Of a DNA stretch of 64,000 bases, positions 12,550 to 26,823 are shown piece by piece. The position numbers were made by a program, and so were the translations under genes. Location: the NCBI GenBank assembly GCA_964016885.1, contig OZ024744.1, forward strand, positions 67,270,001 through 67,334,000, read 5' to 3'. The notes beneath the pieces were generated by a model. The model saw only the letters and a program-made list of their open reading frames with translations. It was not told the DNA's origin and searched no databases. Source of the DNA: Eledone cirrhosa. Lineage: Eukaryota. Every line of letters starts with the position of its first letter. Positions within the stretch are counted from its first letter, which is position 1.

Positions 12550-12886
12550 TACTGGAGCTGGTCCTACCGCTTTCTCTTTGCACCGTTTGCCGGTCGGATC
12601 GATAGTATCCCGTCTGAGGAAGGTGTCACGGGAGGTGGGGTGGTTGTGGCAGCGTGTTTCGCTGGCCATTGTCCGCGAAAATGCCTTTGCCATTTTGTCC
12701 GTGGGGCGCAGTCGAAACACTGCTCTGACCTAGGTGTAGAATCTGTCGCCCTCTCCGTTTCTCCTTTCTTTCTACCTTTGTCTAATAGTCCTTGCTCTTC
12801 TCTCCATTTTCCTCCATTTATGGCATTTATAGTCCTTTCCGATACTGCATTCGTTTTTTATATGTTTAACAAAATAAAAAAAAAAT
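12550..12886 (+). mobile_element. CRE-like (RLE-type) non-LTR retrotransposon 3' fragment with A-rich tail
   Basis: GAGPTA..REVGWLWQRVSLAIVRENAFAILS resembles the CRE C-terminal QR.S.AI.R.NA..IL motif; A-tail at ~12869-12886. Confidence 0.55.
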
Positions 12887-12911
12887 TGATGCTTTTATCT
12901 AATTAAAAAGG

Positions 12912-13528
12912 GTGCGGTGGGATGTGAATTGGCAGTCGTTAGAACGTCGGCTAGAGTAATTTGTGGTTTTCGTTCCGGCAAGTTCAAATTCTGCTTAGGT
13001 CAACTTCGCTTTTTTATCTTTTAGATGTCGATGAAATAAAAAACAAAATTCCAGTCAGTACTAGGGTCGATCCTTCCTCTATATCCTTTTGTTACTTCCT
13101 CTCTCTCTCTCTCCTTCGCTCTTTGCTTTGATAGTGATGATGATGTTTAAAAAAATCCGTTAAAAAAATTAGATGTGCTCAGACTTGAAAAGAGATGGCT
13201 TCGGTCAGATTTAAAATCCCCACCCAATACATACCGTATATCTATATGACGCTCCTACAACCCCATTAAGAGTTACAGGTAAATACATGCATATCTACAA
13301 ACGACACTTGGAGATATGTGGGTAGATACATTCATACACTCTTAATGCAACGCGAGGCGACGAATTGGCAGAGTCAATAAAACGTTGGATAGAATGTTTT
13401 GTGGTATTTGTTCCGAATATCTGCGCTTTCTGAGTTCAAATCACGCCGAAGCCATCTTTGTCGTGGCGTCGATACGTAATGTACCACTCCAGTACTGGGT
13501 TCTATTCTTCCTCTAAGTCTCTTTCTTA

Positions 13529-13567
<39 letters not shown>

Positions 13568-13690
13568 ATCCTTCTCTGGAAGAAATCTGCTGTATTCAGA
13601 CATGGAGTGTGATCGGCTCCACCAGGTTTAAAATGTCCAAAAGTCACCATATTTCACTACGGTGCCCTTGCGACCCCACCAGAAGTTACG
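12912..13690 (+). repeat. Two diverged SINE + (CT)n + unique blocks (old ~440-bp duplication)
   Basis: SINE heads at ~12912 and ~13356, each followed by a CT tract and similar cagac..ttaaaat..acccca..agttac sequence. Confidence 0.45.
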
Positions 13691-13724
<34 letters not shown>

Positions 13725-14099
13725 CAATGTAAAGTATTTACATTAACTGAGCATTCATTATCATAGTAAAGTCGTTTAAAAGTAAATTAAAGGCAAATGT
13801 ATATGTGTGTGTAGGGGGCAATAGTAACAGCACCGACTAGCCGATGATATGTAGCACCCCCCTCCCCCGGGTGTATGCCACCTCTTGGTTTCAGTTGACA
13901 GAACAGAGAAAACATAATTCGGAGGATGGGAGAGAGATGCATTGAAATAGCCATTACGACCCGCAGGGAACATTCTATGATTGACCAACTTAATCCCCGC
14001 TTGCAACGAGTAGGGACGCTGTTCGGGGCCCCAGAATGCCAAGCACCGTCAAATTGATATTTACAACTCCCACAGAATGAAAGCTTGCATGTATGCATG

Positions 14100-14131
<32 letters not shown>

Positions 14132-14194
14132 ATTATAAAATAAAGTACCAGTAATACACTGGGTAATTGCTGGCCTTGTGCCTAACGGAGAAAC

Positions 14195-14238
<44 letters not shown>

Positions 14239-14360
14239 CGTGTATGCGAGTGTGTGTGTGAGTGTGTGAGTGTGTTTGCGTGCGCGCACGCGTGTGTGTA
14301 TATGTATACATAAGTGTGTGCTTGCATGCGCATAAGTATATATATGCATATATATATATA

Positions 14361-14405
<45 letters not shown>

Positions 14406-14469
14406 TATATGCATATATACTTATGCGCATGCGCGCACGTAAACGCACTCACACACACTCGCACACGTA

Positions 14470-14517
<48 letters not shown>

Positions 14518-14950
14518 TACATACATCTTATAAATAGGATTGTGTGGTATGTTCTGTTTGTTTGGAATAGATTAATCCTTAAAAGGAATTAATCGGCACG
14601 CTGCTCTGCTGTATCCTAATCTGAACTGTTGCCAGTATTACCATCACCAGACAAGTAGGAAGTAGTTACGATGGTGACCTATTACACCGTAACCTTTATC
14701 TCCGCTCAATCACTCCCTGTATAGATGTCACCTCCGTTACACTCCTTCATTGCGAAGTTTTACTTCCTCTTTTTCACATGGTAAGTTTAATTCACAATGC
14801 AACAACAATAGATATTTGACACTTCCTTTCTGAAAAGAAGATTTTAACATCCTCAAATTAGTCAATAAACCACCTTTATAATTCAGCAGCAGCAGCAGCA
14901 ACAACAAAATACAGATGCAGCTTATCTCATGAAAGCACACTCGCAACGCT

Positions 14951-15011
<61 letters not shown>

Positions 15012-15029
15012 TATATATGTGTGTGTGTG

Positions 15030-15213
15030 TGTGTAGGAGGTGATTTTTATTGTAGTACAATAAAGCAATGCAGATATCGGATAAGTAGCACTCTACAGTT
15101 TGTATGTTGATTTAAAACTGCACTATTCACAAGTGTGTTTTAACCTTCATATCATGTCTCCCTATTTTATCTGACGAAAACGCAAATGTTATTGCATGAT
15201 GATATTTGTTTTT
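15030..15213 (+). repeat. Truncated copy of the family D' HHR element
   Basis: tattttat CTGACGA + stem II present but cut before GAAA; homologous to 54205-54310 and, inverted, to 54380-54453. Confidence 0.7.
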
Positions 15214-15659
15214 GGCTTTCCACCACCACCACTAATAATTATATTTTCCTCCCCAAACTACCAAAACATATTTATATATACGCTACAATTTATGTACATG
15301 TTATGTTTATTGCATATCAAAGTTTTTTTTTATAATCTTGGTTGATATTTGATAATAACAGTTAAACTAAATTGACCAAATTTGCCACACCACTCCAATT
15401 CAGAAATGCTTCCACTGCCCCTAATATATATTGAAAAAATATGTACTGGAGTCAACATGGTCGACTAAATTAAAGCAGTGTTCCAGCATGGTCGCAATCT
15501 AATAAATGAAATCAGTAAATGAATAAGAATATAGAAAATGTCCGCAACTTATTTTATCGATCTATTTTTTTTTGGGGGGGGGGGGCAGATACTAACAGAA
15601 ACTCACACATACACAAACACACGCACGCACAAACACACATACACGCACGCGCACGCAAG

Positions 15660-15699
<40 letters not shown>

Positions 15700-15888
15700 A
15701 CAAAAATGGCAACAGAAGTAAAAAGCTATGGTCAACGTCTATCGAAATAGACGTGCAGAGTTTCAATCCCCATCGGCCGTATTGCTGGCCTATTTGAGGT
15801 CACAGTCTCTGACAAGATAATATATTTACTAGATGAAATCGAAGGACAACTTATGTTAAATTAAATGGCAAGGACAAAATAGTATATA

Positions 15889-16040
15889 ATTGTTTCTACT
15901 TTTGGCACAAGTGTATTACTGGTACTTTATTTTATCGACCCCGTAAGGATGAAAGCAAAGTTAACCTCGGCAGGATTTGAACTCAGACTGAAAAGGGACG
16001 TAACTCTTTGCGTCAAAAGCATGGCGTCCGACTGATACTA
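15889..16040 (-). mobile_element. Meta-like SINE
   Basis: ctggtactttattttatcgaccccgtaaggatgaaagcaaagttaacctcggcaggatttgaactc. Confidence 0.75.
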
Positions 16041-16174
16041 TTAAACACTGTTTTTGTGTGTATATATATAAACAACCATCCGGTTATTGAACCAGCCAAC
16101 CGGAAATTTATAATAAATTGAAGTGAAAACAACAGGTGCGTGTTTTTATTGGCAGTATGACCCTCCCAAAGTAT

Positions 16175-16860
16175 ACCGATCATTTCTACGCATTTTTCCA
16201 CAGCAAAATCAACATTAGTGACTGGGTATAAGGACACTACATCCATGCTACCTATTGTACAGCCTGTTAGGTCCCTAGACATGTTGTATTCGCGAGGTCC
16301 TTCGTGCTGTCACATATGTCTGGGGACATTTCAATTACGGGGTGTATGAGCAGGGAGAGGAAGTAGGAGAGCCTGTAGCTGCTAGCAATGTTAGCTCTAC
16401 AAACTGACCGTGTAAGTGGTCCTTTGCCTGAGTCACTATTTGCCGTGTAGTCTTGCGAAGCCCATGCATCGTTGGTACGTCTGTTCCAGGTCTGGAAGTT
16501 GTTGGTAATCCGTTCATTAGGTTGCATTATGCTAGTCCAAATCATCATATGAGCGTTTAGGGTTTTCTCCCTTTCCTCATGCTTTTGTGGTGTTACCTCT
16601 CTTGTGTTGTTGATGTAGTTTGGCAGGCTGTCAACTGACAATCTGCCAGACTTGTCTGTTGAAAAGCATACAATCTCTCCATTTCGTGAGTGCTGAATGA
16701 GCTTACATAAGAGCATGAAGAATATATACATCGGGTGATATGTTGGTGTAATGGTAGCACAGTGGTCTGGATAACCAAAGATGTGGGTTCGACTCCCATG
16801 TACATCAATACTCAACTTTTCCATTTCTTTGAGGTTTCTATTGAGGTTTCTAAGCCCCAC
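16175..16860 (-). pseudogene. Penelope-like reverse transcriptase remnant
   Basis: STDKSGRLSVD, PLTRSVC..SYRLSYFLSLLIHPV and GSMDVVSLYP (PLE RT S.DV.SLY motif); abuts a family C pLTR-end fragment at 16070-16175. Confidence 0.7.
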
Positions 16861-16954
16861 TATCAGGCTAAAAAAGTTTTAGCCGAAAATACAGCAAAAG
16901 CTTCTATTTCTAACTTAAAACTCGCTCGCTGTTTCAAAAACATACTTACCTGTC

Positions 16955-16987
<33 letters not shown>

Positions 16988-17039
16988 TAGATACATACAC
17001 ACACACACACACGTATATATATATATATAGAACCTGGCA

Positions 17040-20000
17040 AAAGAGATACAGAAATACTTTTTAGCCATCACCCAACACCATCCTTTGACATTACCCCAGT
17101 TCACCAACCCCTCACATTGCTGTCGCTAACACACAATCTCAAAACAAGCCGCCTGCAACAGTCAAAACCAGCCACTACACTAGCCTCCATATTTCTACTC
17201 AATGCACAAGGTGTCAGCCCATCCATCAATGCGCAGAAATGGAAGATCCAATTCATTGAGGATTGGGTTGGTAACCATCCACTCCACATTCCTTTCTTCA
17301 TTCTTACTGAAACCCACCTTCACAACTTCCACTTGGAGGCCGAAGTAAAAGTGAGGAATTTCACAACTATCCGCGCGGATCGTGTTGACAGAGGGAAGGG
17401 TGGAACTGCCATTTTCCTGCATGATTCCTTTACGGAAGATGGAAATATCACATTCTCCAATGGCTACTGTGAATCAGTCACAACAAAGCCAATGACCTGA
17501 TAGTAGTTGGGCTCTATAGGCGACCACAAACACCTATAATGCACTTCAAAGAATGCCTCAACAACATTAAGTGCTTTATTCAACAGTGCCATTCTAGTGA
17601 CATACTTTTGGGAGACTTTAATCTACCCTGTGTCGATTGGTCTACAAACAGTTTGAAACCAGGCACTCCCACCTCCACCACTGAAAGAAGCAGTCGAGTC
17701 ATTTCTCGACTTTATGAATGAGTTTTTCTTGTCCCAACTTGTCCTTGCACCAACAAGGCATCAGAAGAACATTTTGGACCTAGTGTTTAGTAACCACACT
17801 AACACTATACATACTATTACAGTGGAACAACCCTTCTTTCAGACCATGATATGGTTCTTTGTAAACTGAGATTCCACCAGCCGAAAGCTAATCCTAGTGA
17901 CCTCTCTCCAGCCCACCCTTTTGATAACATGGATCTCTATAATGCCAACTGGGATGCAAACATGAACGAGCTATCACATGTTGATTGGTGTTTTACACAC
18001 GTACTCATTTCCACCAACATCAAAACATCTTGGCAGATCTTTGTAGACACTCCCGCAAATATGTGTACAAAATACACCCACCAAAACCTGTGAACAAAAC
18101 TAAGTGCAGTATCCCTAAAACAGAAAAACTATTATCAGAAAAATAAAAAGAACAAACAAAACAATTAACACACTAAAATACTGCCAACAACACACACATT
18201 CGACGGCTATCGCACTGCTTGAATCAACTAAATATAACCTCCAATAATGCATGATGACCATCATCAATAACCAAAGAACAGCTGAGGAGAATTGGGCCAT
18301 TGACAAAATCAAACTCGACCCCTAAGTGTTCTGTTCATTTTCAAAAAAACACAAGGTCTCTGTCTCCACTATTGGACCTCTAGTTGATGAAAATAGCACA
18401 CTCCAAGATAATGCCAAAACCATGGGTGAGATACTGCAGAAACAATACTGCTCTGTTTTCAGCAATCCTGATATGGCCGATCTGGGCTGTATCAGTGATG
18501 TTAATCCCCAACACACTATATTGGACATAACGTTTGGCGCCCCTGATGTCTTAGCGGCAATAAACGAAATTAAACACAATTCAGCAGTAGGCCCCGATAG
18601 GTTCCCTGCTAGTGTCCTGAAGGTGTGTCGACACCAACTTGCATCTCCTCTCGCTAATCTGTGGAGAAACTCACTGGACGCTGGCTATATTCCTGAAAAC
18701 TTTCTGTCCCAGTTTTTAAAAAGAGAAATAAGTCCCTTGCAGGGAACTACCGTCCGATCTTACTCACCTCTCATATCATCAAGGTGTTTGAGAGGGTGGT
18801 GAGATCACTGAATTCCAACTAACATGGGTTCCGTAATGGAAGAGACTTCCTAACGCAGCTCCTGCATCACTTTGATGATATTTTGAGAGCTTTGGGAGAG
18901 GGCTCCAACACTGATGTCATCTACCTTGATTTCAGCAAGGCCTTTGACTGTATTGATCATAAGATTCTATTGAACAAACTATCCAATATTGGTGTCTCTG
19001 GAAAGTTACTACAGTAGATCAAGTGTTTCCCGACAGACAGAGTCCAACATGTTGTAGTCGAAGGAGCAAATTCAAGCCCAGCCAATGTCAGCAGTGGCGT
19101 CCCGCAAGGTACTGTGTTGAGCCCACTTCTTTTCATCATCTACATTAATGACATTACTGACATCATCAAGCACAGCAACATCAGAATCTTTGCAGATGAT
19201 CCCAAGCTCCAGAAGGTCATCAATGAGGTGGGTGACCGGACTTGCCTTCAGTCAGACCTACTGGCCGTTATCCAATGGGCGGAAAAGAATAATATGCTGC
19301 TAAATGAGGATAAATTCGAGTTAATCCACTTTGGAAAAGAGCATGCCCTGAAACTCCTATTCTCTCTTCCTTCAGATGAAACTTTATTGGCATCCAACAA
19401 CATCGGAGACTTGGGAGTAACAACATAAGCTGGGCCACTCATATAAACAGCAAAGTTGACATGGTTCGCAGAATGTGTTCCTGGATTCTCAGAAACTTCT
19501 AGTCGAGAGATATCCACGTTGTTATCCTTCTCTTCTCTATTTTACCCGACCCCACCTTGAATACTGTTGTCCACTGAGGTCTCCGCACACGAAACAAGTG
19601 TATCATGAAAGTGGAAGCACATCAAAGGTCAATTAAAAAAAGATAGATGGCATGACAGGCCTTGACTATTGGAGTCGATTAGAAAAACTCAACCTTTATT
19701 CTCTCCAACGTCACCGAGAGCGTTACATTATCTGCATGATGTGGAAAATATTCCATCAGCATTGCCCAAATGATGTTGGCATCACCTTTAAGGCACACCC
19801 AGGCTTGGGCCCCGTGCTATCCGCCCACAACAAAAATCTCACTCGCATCTCATAACAACAATACGGCACAATTATTTCACCTCAATTGGCCCCGCTCTTT
19901 TTAACATTACACCAAAACACATTAAAACGGAAACAGACCCCATAAAATTCAAGAAGTCTTTGGACAAATTACACCCGGATATGTCTCCGTAAACCATAAC

Positions 20001-20040
20001 TCTCTACTTGAGTGGGCCATGGTGTCCAAATCCTAGTCGA
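17040..20040 (+). mobile_element. Degenerate CR1-like LINE ORF2 (APE + RT)
   Basis: LLNAQGV, ILTETHL, LGDFNLP, YLDFSKAFD, SGVPQGTVLSPLLF, IFADD, LDYWSRLEKLNLYSLQRHRER; many stops and frameshifts. Confidence 0.9.
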
Positions 20041-20058
20041 AACCTATATATATATCTA

Positions 20059-21430
20059 TCTATACATATATATAAAACTGTAGTTGTCTGTGTGTGTGTC
20101 CTCATTTTGCAAAGTCTATACAAATCCACATTTCTACTACGATTGACTTCAAACTTGCATTTATATATTCCTTGCGGTCTAAAGATATTAACTGCAGCTT
20201 TTATTTTTCAATTTTCTGTTGTTAAAGGGGTGTTAGGCGCCGGTTATCTATCTCCGCCGCACCCTTATACTATCTGTCTGTATGCCTGGCTGTCTGCATT
20301 ACGACATTATGCCAAACATTGATGACGTATTATGTTCGCTATTTTCCGTTCATTGCCAGGGAACGTCTTCACGAACCAAAGTATCGTCTTCCTGTTTTCC
20401 TTCGGTTGCAACATTTTTCGAAATATTTACTTCTGCGTTCACAGATTGATGTTTTTATTTTCAGAAGATCCCGTTAAGGGTGAAAGCAGCGATTATTTAC
20501 TTAAACTTTAATCTGTTATTTTAGTATATAATATAAGCTAGGCAAGCCAGCTCGGTTGCCACTTCTTGCCAATAAACATTAACCCTTTATGCGCCATTCA
20601 TCTAACTGTAGACCAACAAATACCAACTAAATGGAGCCTTGACAAGAACGATGGCGAATGAATCTTAGAGGTAAACAGTTTCCTCCCGAGCTGTTACTTC
20701 ACGCGGGATTCTCTGCTGCACCTTTTCGTAATAATTGTTTCTACTTTTGGCACAAGGCCAGCAATTATCCCAGTGTATTACTGGTACTTTATTTTATCGA
20801 CCCGTAAGGATGAAAGGCAAAGTTAAACTCGGCGGGATTTGAACACAGACCATAAAGGGCCGTAACTCTTTGCTGCAAAGCAGGGCCTCCGACTCTCTAC
20901 CGATACTGCCAATCCACTGCCCCTTTTCGTAATAATACCGAACAACATACTGCTGGTCACTCCTTCCTCAAAAAGCCGTACAAAGCGGTCATGTGCATCG
21001 ATCAGATGGATCGGGTGCAAATCTACACCAGGCCTACGCGAGAAATTCGCAAGAGACTGCACCGAGAGGGATAGAGAGAAAGAGTAACTTAGTGGAAAGC
21101 GTGCGAATGAACGTTTGAGGTAAGTAGCCTACGCCTTACTGCTATGACACTGGAACCTTCTGCCAACTTAACCTGTGACTTTCTCTTTCACATTTATTCC
21201 AATAAGCCAAAACAGAGGAGTATGAAAAGAAGGGGCTCAACAATATTTCTATGAACAATGCACGTAGACAGCTAAACTGTACTTTCAAATTCTTAATTTT
21301 CTCCAAATAAAACAAGTTTCCTGTCGGTATATTTTCGTGAGATTTTAACAGGCACTCACAAATAAGCGTTTCTCATTGGAGGTGTTATTACCAATGTTCT
21401 TACCCGTGTAACGCCGGGATACACTGCTAG
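20059..21430 (+). mobile_element. Non-autonomous Helitron-like element (contains a SINE at 20733-20922, minus strand)
   Basis: 5' A|TC tatacatatatataaaac; 3' hairpin cccg tgtaacgc cggg, then CTAG|T. Confidence 0.7.
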
Positions 21431-21761
21431 TATATATATATATGGTTGAGATGCAATTTAGGCAGTATTAGGCCGCGCTTTCTAGCAACCAGCCCACTCG
21501 CCGTAAGGCACCAATCACATTATTTCTGACTTGACCACTGCCACGTCACAGTTCTTAGCCATTTTGAATTCGTTTCTAGCGAGGATCATGTAAGAAAAAT
21601 CTTCGTCCAAGTGAGTTTGTTTCCTGATGATTTCGAAACTCGTGAATTTATCCTGATTGGATATTTCCAAATAGCGAATGAAACCTCAGGGGTAGAAACA
21701 TAATTTTGGTGTGCTTATATACAATTTTTCTTCTAATTTTGGACAGAGTGGGCGGTCCAGT

Positions 21762-21806
<45 letters not shown>

Positions 21807-22138
21807 GAAATATCCACGGTTAGTTGTGGGGTCTAGTCTGCATGAAGAACTCAATGTATTCCATATGTTGAAAATGTTGTAGGTTAAAATAAATCCCGGA
21901 AAACGATAAAACATCAAAAGGAAAACAGAGTCATGATATAAGTTAAAACAATGAAATAAAAATTCAAGTCATTAGAAATATACTTCACTGCTTTACGATC
22001 GATTCTAGGTGATAATAATACATCGTACGCATATTTCGTTATCGATCTATGTAGGGTTAGTTACAAAATCTCAAATAAGGAATATATTTACCTACATGCC
22101 AGAAACAACAGAGGACACCACACCCGAGGCATTAACAC

Positions 22139-22606
22139 GTGCTTCCTGAAGCTCCCACAACAGCCATCCGCAGAGCTATCAGACGAGAGGGACTAGATAT
22201 CCAGCTAGCCCTCTCAGGATGTTCTCTACGCGGACAGCTAACAAAAAGACACTCCACCAAACATGACAGCCGTTGCAGCCTAGCCAACTGCCTCATCAAC
22301 GACACAGACCTATGCTACCAAGCTTACGTCGTATACAGATTAGAGTGCGACAAATGCAGCAATTTCTACATAGGTAGCACCACCAGACCACTTCACATTA
22401 GAATAAAAGAACAGCCCAACACTAACGCTTCCTCATTTAAGAAACACCTAATGAAATGCAAAAACACCGACAAAAACATAATAGTTAGGATAGAAGCTAA
22501 GGAAAAAAACCTCGGCAATCTTAGAATTAAAGAAGCACTAATTATAGACAAAACACGACCACCAATCAATAACAGACTAGAATTCAACACACAATGTTTA
22601 ACATGA
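22139..22606 (+). mobile_element. Penelope-like element GIY-YIG endonuclease fragment
   Basis: CSLANCLINDTDLCYQAYVVYRLECDKCSNFYIGSTTRPLHIRIKE..LRIKEALIIDKTRPPINNR. Confidence 0.85.
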
Positions 22607-22829
22607 TAGAGCAGCTAGCCCCACACTTACACATCCACGTACCATCTCACACACACACACGCACGCTTACACCACTTATTCTCTCACACACATACACACA
22701 CATATAGACCAGTTTTAACATGATAGAGCATCTAGCCCCCACATTTACATATAAACATATCCTCTCACACTCACACACACACACGCACACACACACACAC
22801 GCATGCTTACACCTTCACGTATTCTCCCT

Positions 22830-24385
22830 CCACAGCCCAGAACACTGGGGAGATCAGGGGGCTGTTTGAGGAACTGGATATTGAGACAGGGCCCTTCACC
22901 AGAGAGGAGCTTCAGAGAGCCAAGAAGAAGAGCAAGGAGAGCAAGGATGATGGAGAAGATGGAGTGGCATCCTAGGTGATGAAGAGGTGTGATTTTGGTG
23001 ATATCATCCTGGGGTTCTGTAACCAGGCACTGGAGAAAGGAGTTGCTCCGAATCAGTAACATCGTCCCAGTGCCAAAGAAGGGAGATCTCTCTAGCACCA
23101 ACAACTACAGGGGGATCTCACTGACGTCACTTGTGTCAAAGACCCTCAACAGGATGATTCTTAACAGGACCCAGCCCGAGATGGAAAAGAAGCTCAGGGA
23201 CAACCAGAACGGCTTCAGAGAGGGAAGATCAACCACCAGTCACATCATGCTGCTGAGGAGGATATTAGAGGGAGCTAGAGCAAAGTGCCTTCCTGCGGTC
23301 ATGGTTTTCATTGACTTTAGAAAGGCCTTTGATTCTGTGGACCGTCACTGCCTGATGAAGATCTTACAGGCTTATGGAATCCCCAAGAAGATAGTGGACA
23401 TGATATCACTGCTCTACACAAACACCAAAGCTCAAGTCATTACACCTAATGGGATGACAGAGTTCTTTGAGATACTAGCTGGAGTGCTCCAGGAACATAC
23501 ATTGGCTCCCTACCTTTTTATCATCGCAGTGGACTATTATATGCGTCTTGCACTGGAGAAACACCAAGACTCTGGCTTTACTGTAGCACCGGCTCAGAGC
23601 AGGAGAGTTAAGACGAAAAAGATATTAGATGCTGAATTTGCCGGCGACTTAGTTTTGGTGACAAACACAGTGAAGAAGGCAGAAGATTTGATGCAGGAGG
23701 TTGAGACTGTATCGATGAGTGTGGGCTGAGAATGAATGAGATTAAGACGAAATATCTGGTAGAGAATGATGAGAAGCCAGAGAGGATCACTAATGTAGGC
23801 GAGAAGCCGCTAGAATTGGTTGAGGACTTCCTGTATTTGCGAGCAAAGATTGGGAATATGGAAGATGATGTGGTTGAGAGAAAGAGCAAAGCCTGGGCGA
23901 CGTGCCACAGTTTGGGATCGGTGTGGAAGTCGGACCTTCGTAAAGACCTGAAGATCCGCCTCTTCGTTGCTGGAGTGGCGTCTGTGCTGCTGTACGCGTC
24001 TGAGACTTGGACACTGACCAAGAAACTCACTCAGATGGTGGATGGGTGCTACACGAGAATGCTGAGGATGGCTCTGAACATTAATCAGTATACACTGAGG
24101 ATGAAAAACTCAGAGCTGTCTGGAAGCCTCCCAAAAGTCAGCTCAAAAGTGACAAAGAGGAGACTGAGGTTAGCCGGACGTGCTCACCGACATCCAGAGT
24201 TGACACTGCACTCGCTGCTCCTGTGGGAACCCCTACATGGACAAGCTGGAAGAGGAAAACCGAGGTTAACATATGTTGATGCCCTAAGGACAGACACTCT
24301 TGGAGACGTAGGACATGTCAGCGATAATGAGGGACATGGACCGCTGGAGAGAACTCGTCCATGGATCTCGGGAATTTTACCCGCG
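22830..24385 (+). mobile_element. RTE-group LINE, 5'-truncated RT pseudogene
   Basis: PVPKKGDLS..NYRGISLTS, QNGFREGRST, FIDFRKAFDSV, GVLQ..TLAPYLF, LLYASETWTL, RRLRLAGRAHRH. Confidence 0.88.
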
Positions 24386-24396
24386 CTCTCTCTCTC

Positions 24397-24475
<79 letters not shown>

Positions 24476-24478
24476 ATA

Positions 24479-24564
<86 letters not shown>

Positions 24565-24783
24565 CAATTAGAAATTGATTGACATATATATATATCTAAA
24601 TAAACATGAAACAATCACAGGGGATAATCTGTAAAAGTGTGTAAGCACACACAGCTATGAGGGTAACTAATTAAAGTTTAACTAGAACTTCAAAAATGGC
24701 GCATGTCCCTCTGACATGAAACCCTTAATTTAATTTAAATTTTGGATATATATATATATATATACATATATGCAGGTGTATAC

Positions 24784-24825
<42 letters not shown>

Positions 24826-25536
24826 ATGTGTGTGTGTGTGTGCGCGTGTGCGTGTGTATATATATGTGTCTGTGTGTGTGTTTGCTAGAGATAATTTTCT
24901 TCGAATTACTTGCTTTGTTCGCTTGTCTTGTAAACTATACACATTGAACACACTAACCCTCTTTCTACTGGCTTGTAATATTCTTAGCTAATCACTTATC
25001 TCTCCTCTATGATTGGTTTGCTTGCTTAATATTTGATATGAATATATATATATATATAGGCTGAGCTCAAGCCGTTTCGACGGCTAATTCTGGACTAAAC
25101 GAAAATGTTTATCCTGGTATATAACATTTTTCATTTAGTCCAGAATTAGCCGTCGAAACGGCTTGAGCTCAGCCGTCGGGGTCCTACTCATTCCTATTAC
25201 CAACTCTACTACCCTAAGTATTGAGTACTTTGGTGCGTTATGGTCCACCTGGTTCCTTACCACATTTCCTTCGTTATATATATATATATATATATATATA
25301 TGCAAAAGGCAACAAGTAATAACAAAGCGAACGTCACGGTATAATGAAGAAATATATTATTAGTTTTACGCTTGATATAGTAGGAAAAGAGTCTTAACGT
25401 TTCCCTTCATCACAATGAGAATTTAAAGAATAGAAAGATTGACGAGACGGGCAGTGGCAGAGTGGCAGAAACGAAAGAATTTTTTTAGAGAAAAATCCCC
25501 CAGATCTATTCAAGTCACCATTGAGAGAGGGAGAGG

Positions 25537-25679
<143 letters not shown>

Positions 25680-25699
25680 TAGAAAGTAATAGAGAAGGG

Positions 25700-25860
25700 G
25701 AGATTGATAGAGATAGATACCAAGGGCTACTACAGTTTCCGTATATCAAATTCCATTCACACGACATTGATCAACATTGAAGCTGTACTAGAAAAGACAT
25801 GTTTAAGTTGCCTTGCAACGGGACCGAACCCAGAACAACAGGGTTTCGATGCGAACTCCT
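25700..25860 (-). mobile_element. Degenerate tRNA-derived SINE (third family)
   Basis: Reverse complement has B-box-like gggttcggtccc and ends ..gaatttgatatacggaaactgtagtagccc. Confidence 0.5.
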
Positions 25861-26192
25861 TATATGTACGTTACATATAGTTTTTTTCCTTTTTTTATTT
25901 AATTTACCTAGTAATACACTAAATACCCAATTCAAAATATCTTATTGAAACAAATTTATAAAAAATGGATTTAATTATTAAAAATACTAGTAGAAAAACC
26001 ACCCTCGGGTGGTTTTCTGCTAGCATGTGTAGTGTGTATATTGATATTATACGCAAGTATATATATACATGTAGATATGATACATCAAATAAAATCGTAA
26101 TTGACAATATACACAGAAATTTAACGGAGACTATGTTACACTGTCTTATGTAATCAGTAACGTAATCCCTGATATATTAAAAAAAGACGTTA

Positions 26193-26792
26193 TCTAATAT
26201 ATATTTGTGAAATGGGTGGTGGTTGAAATTCAGATGTGCACGGTTAAATGGTAATAGCCGTGGTCGGACTCACATGGAAATTTACACACCTATGTAAAAA
26301 GTGCCAAGGAAGCAAATAAACGAGATTTCAAATCTCTAACTTGAAAAATGTGGTCCCTGGGGCCTCAAAACTATCGCGTTCGGTGAGTTATTTGCCTCTG
26401 TTCTAATACTTTTGTCTTATTTACAATTTCATACAAATAAAGCAGTAAATAAAGGAGTATGAGTTCATGCAATTGACTTGTTTCGTCACTATATATATAT
26501 ATATATATATTGGTAAACGGAATAGAAAATGCTGACAAATTGTTCACAGTTGAAAAATGGTTTAATTAGGAATAAAAGAGTATTAGTGATTGTATGGGTT
26601 AGTATTCAGTTGTGGTTTTAAGTTTTTAAGTTTTTACCGGTTGCGCATTTCTAAATGCTTTTCAAAAATAATTTTGAGATAGAGTGTCCGTGCTGTTTGC
26701 TCTGATCTGATTAGTTTTGGGAATTCTACCTGTTTTTATGTTAAAAAAGTGGCTCCAATTTGCAAAAGAAGAAGAAGAAGAAGAAGAAGAAG

Positions 26793-26823
<31 letters not shown>

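Noticed and set aside
14700-14786. Possible first exon ending ATG|GTAAGT
   Set aside because: A single donor motif with no downstream exon I could link to it.
21612-21645. CTGATGA tttc GAAA ctc as a hammerhead
   Set aside because: No stem II and no feasible stem I.
24655-24727. Type III hammerhead-like gggTA..GAAAccc
   Set aside because: No CUGANGA-like box between the hairpins.
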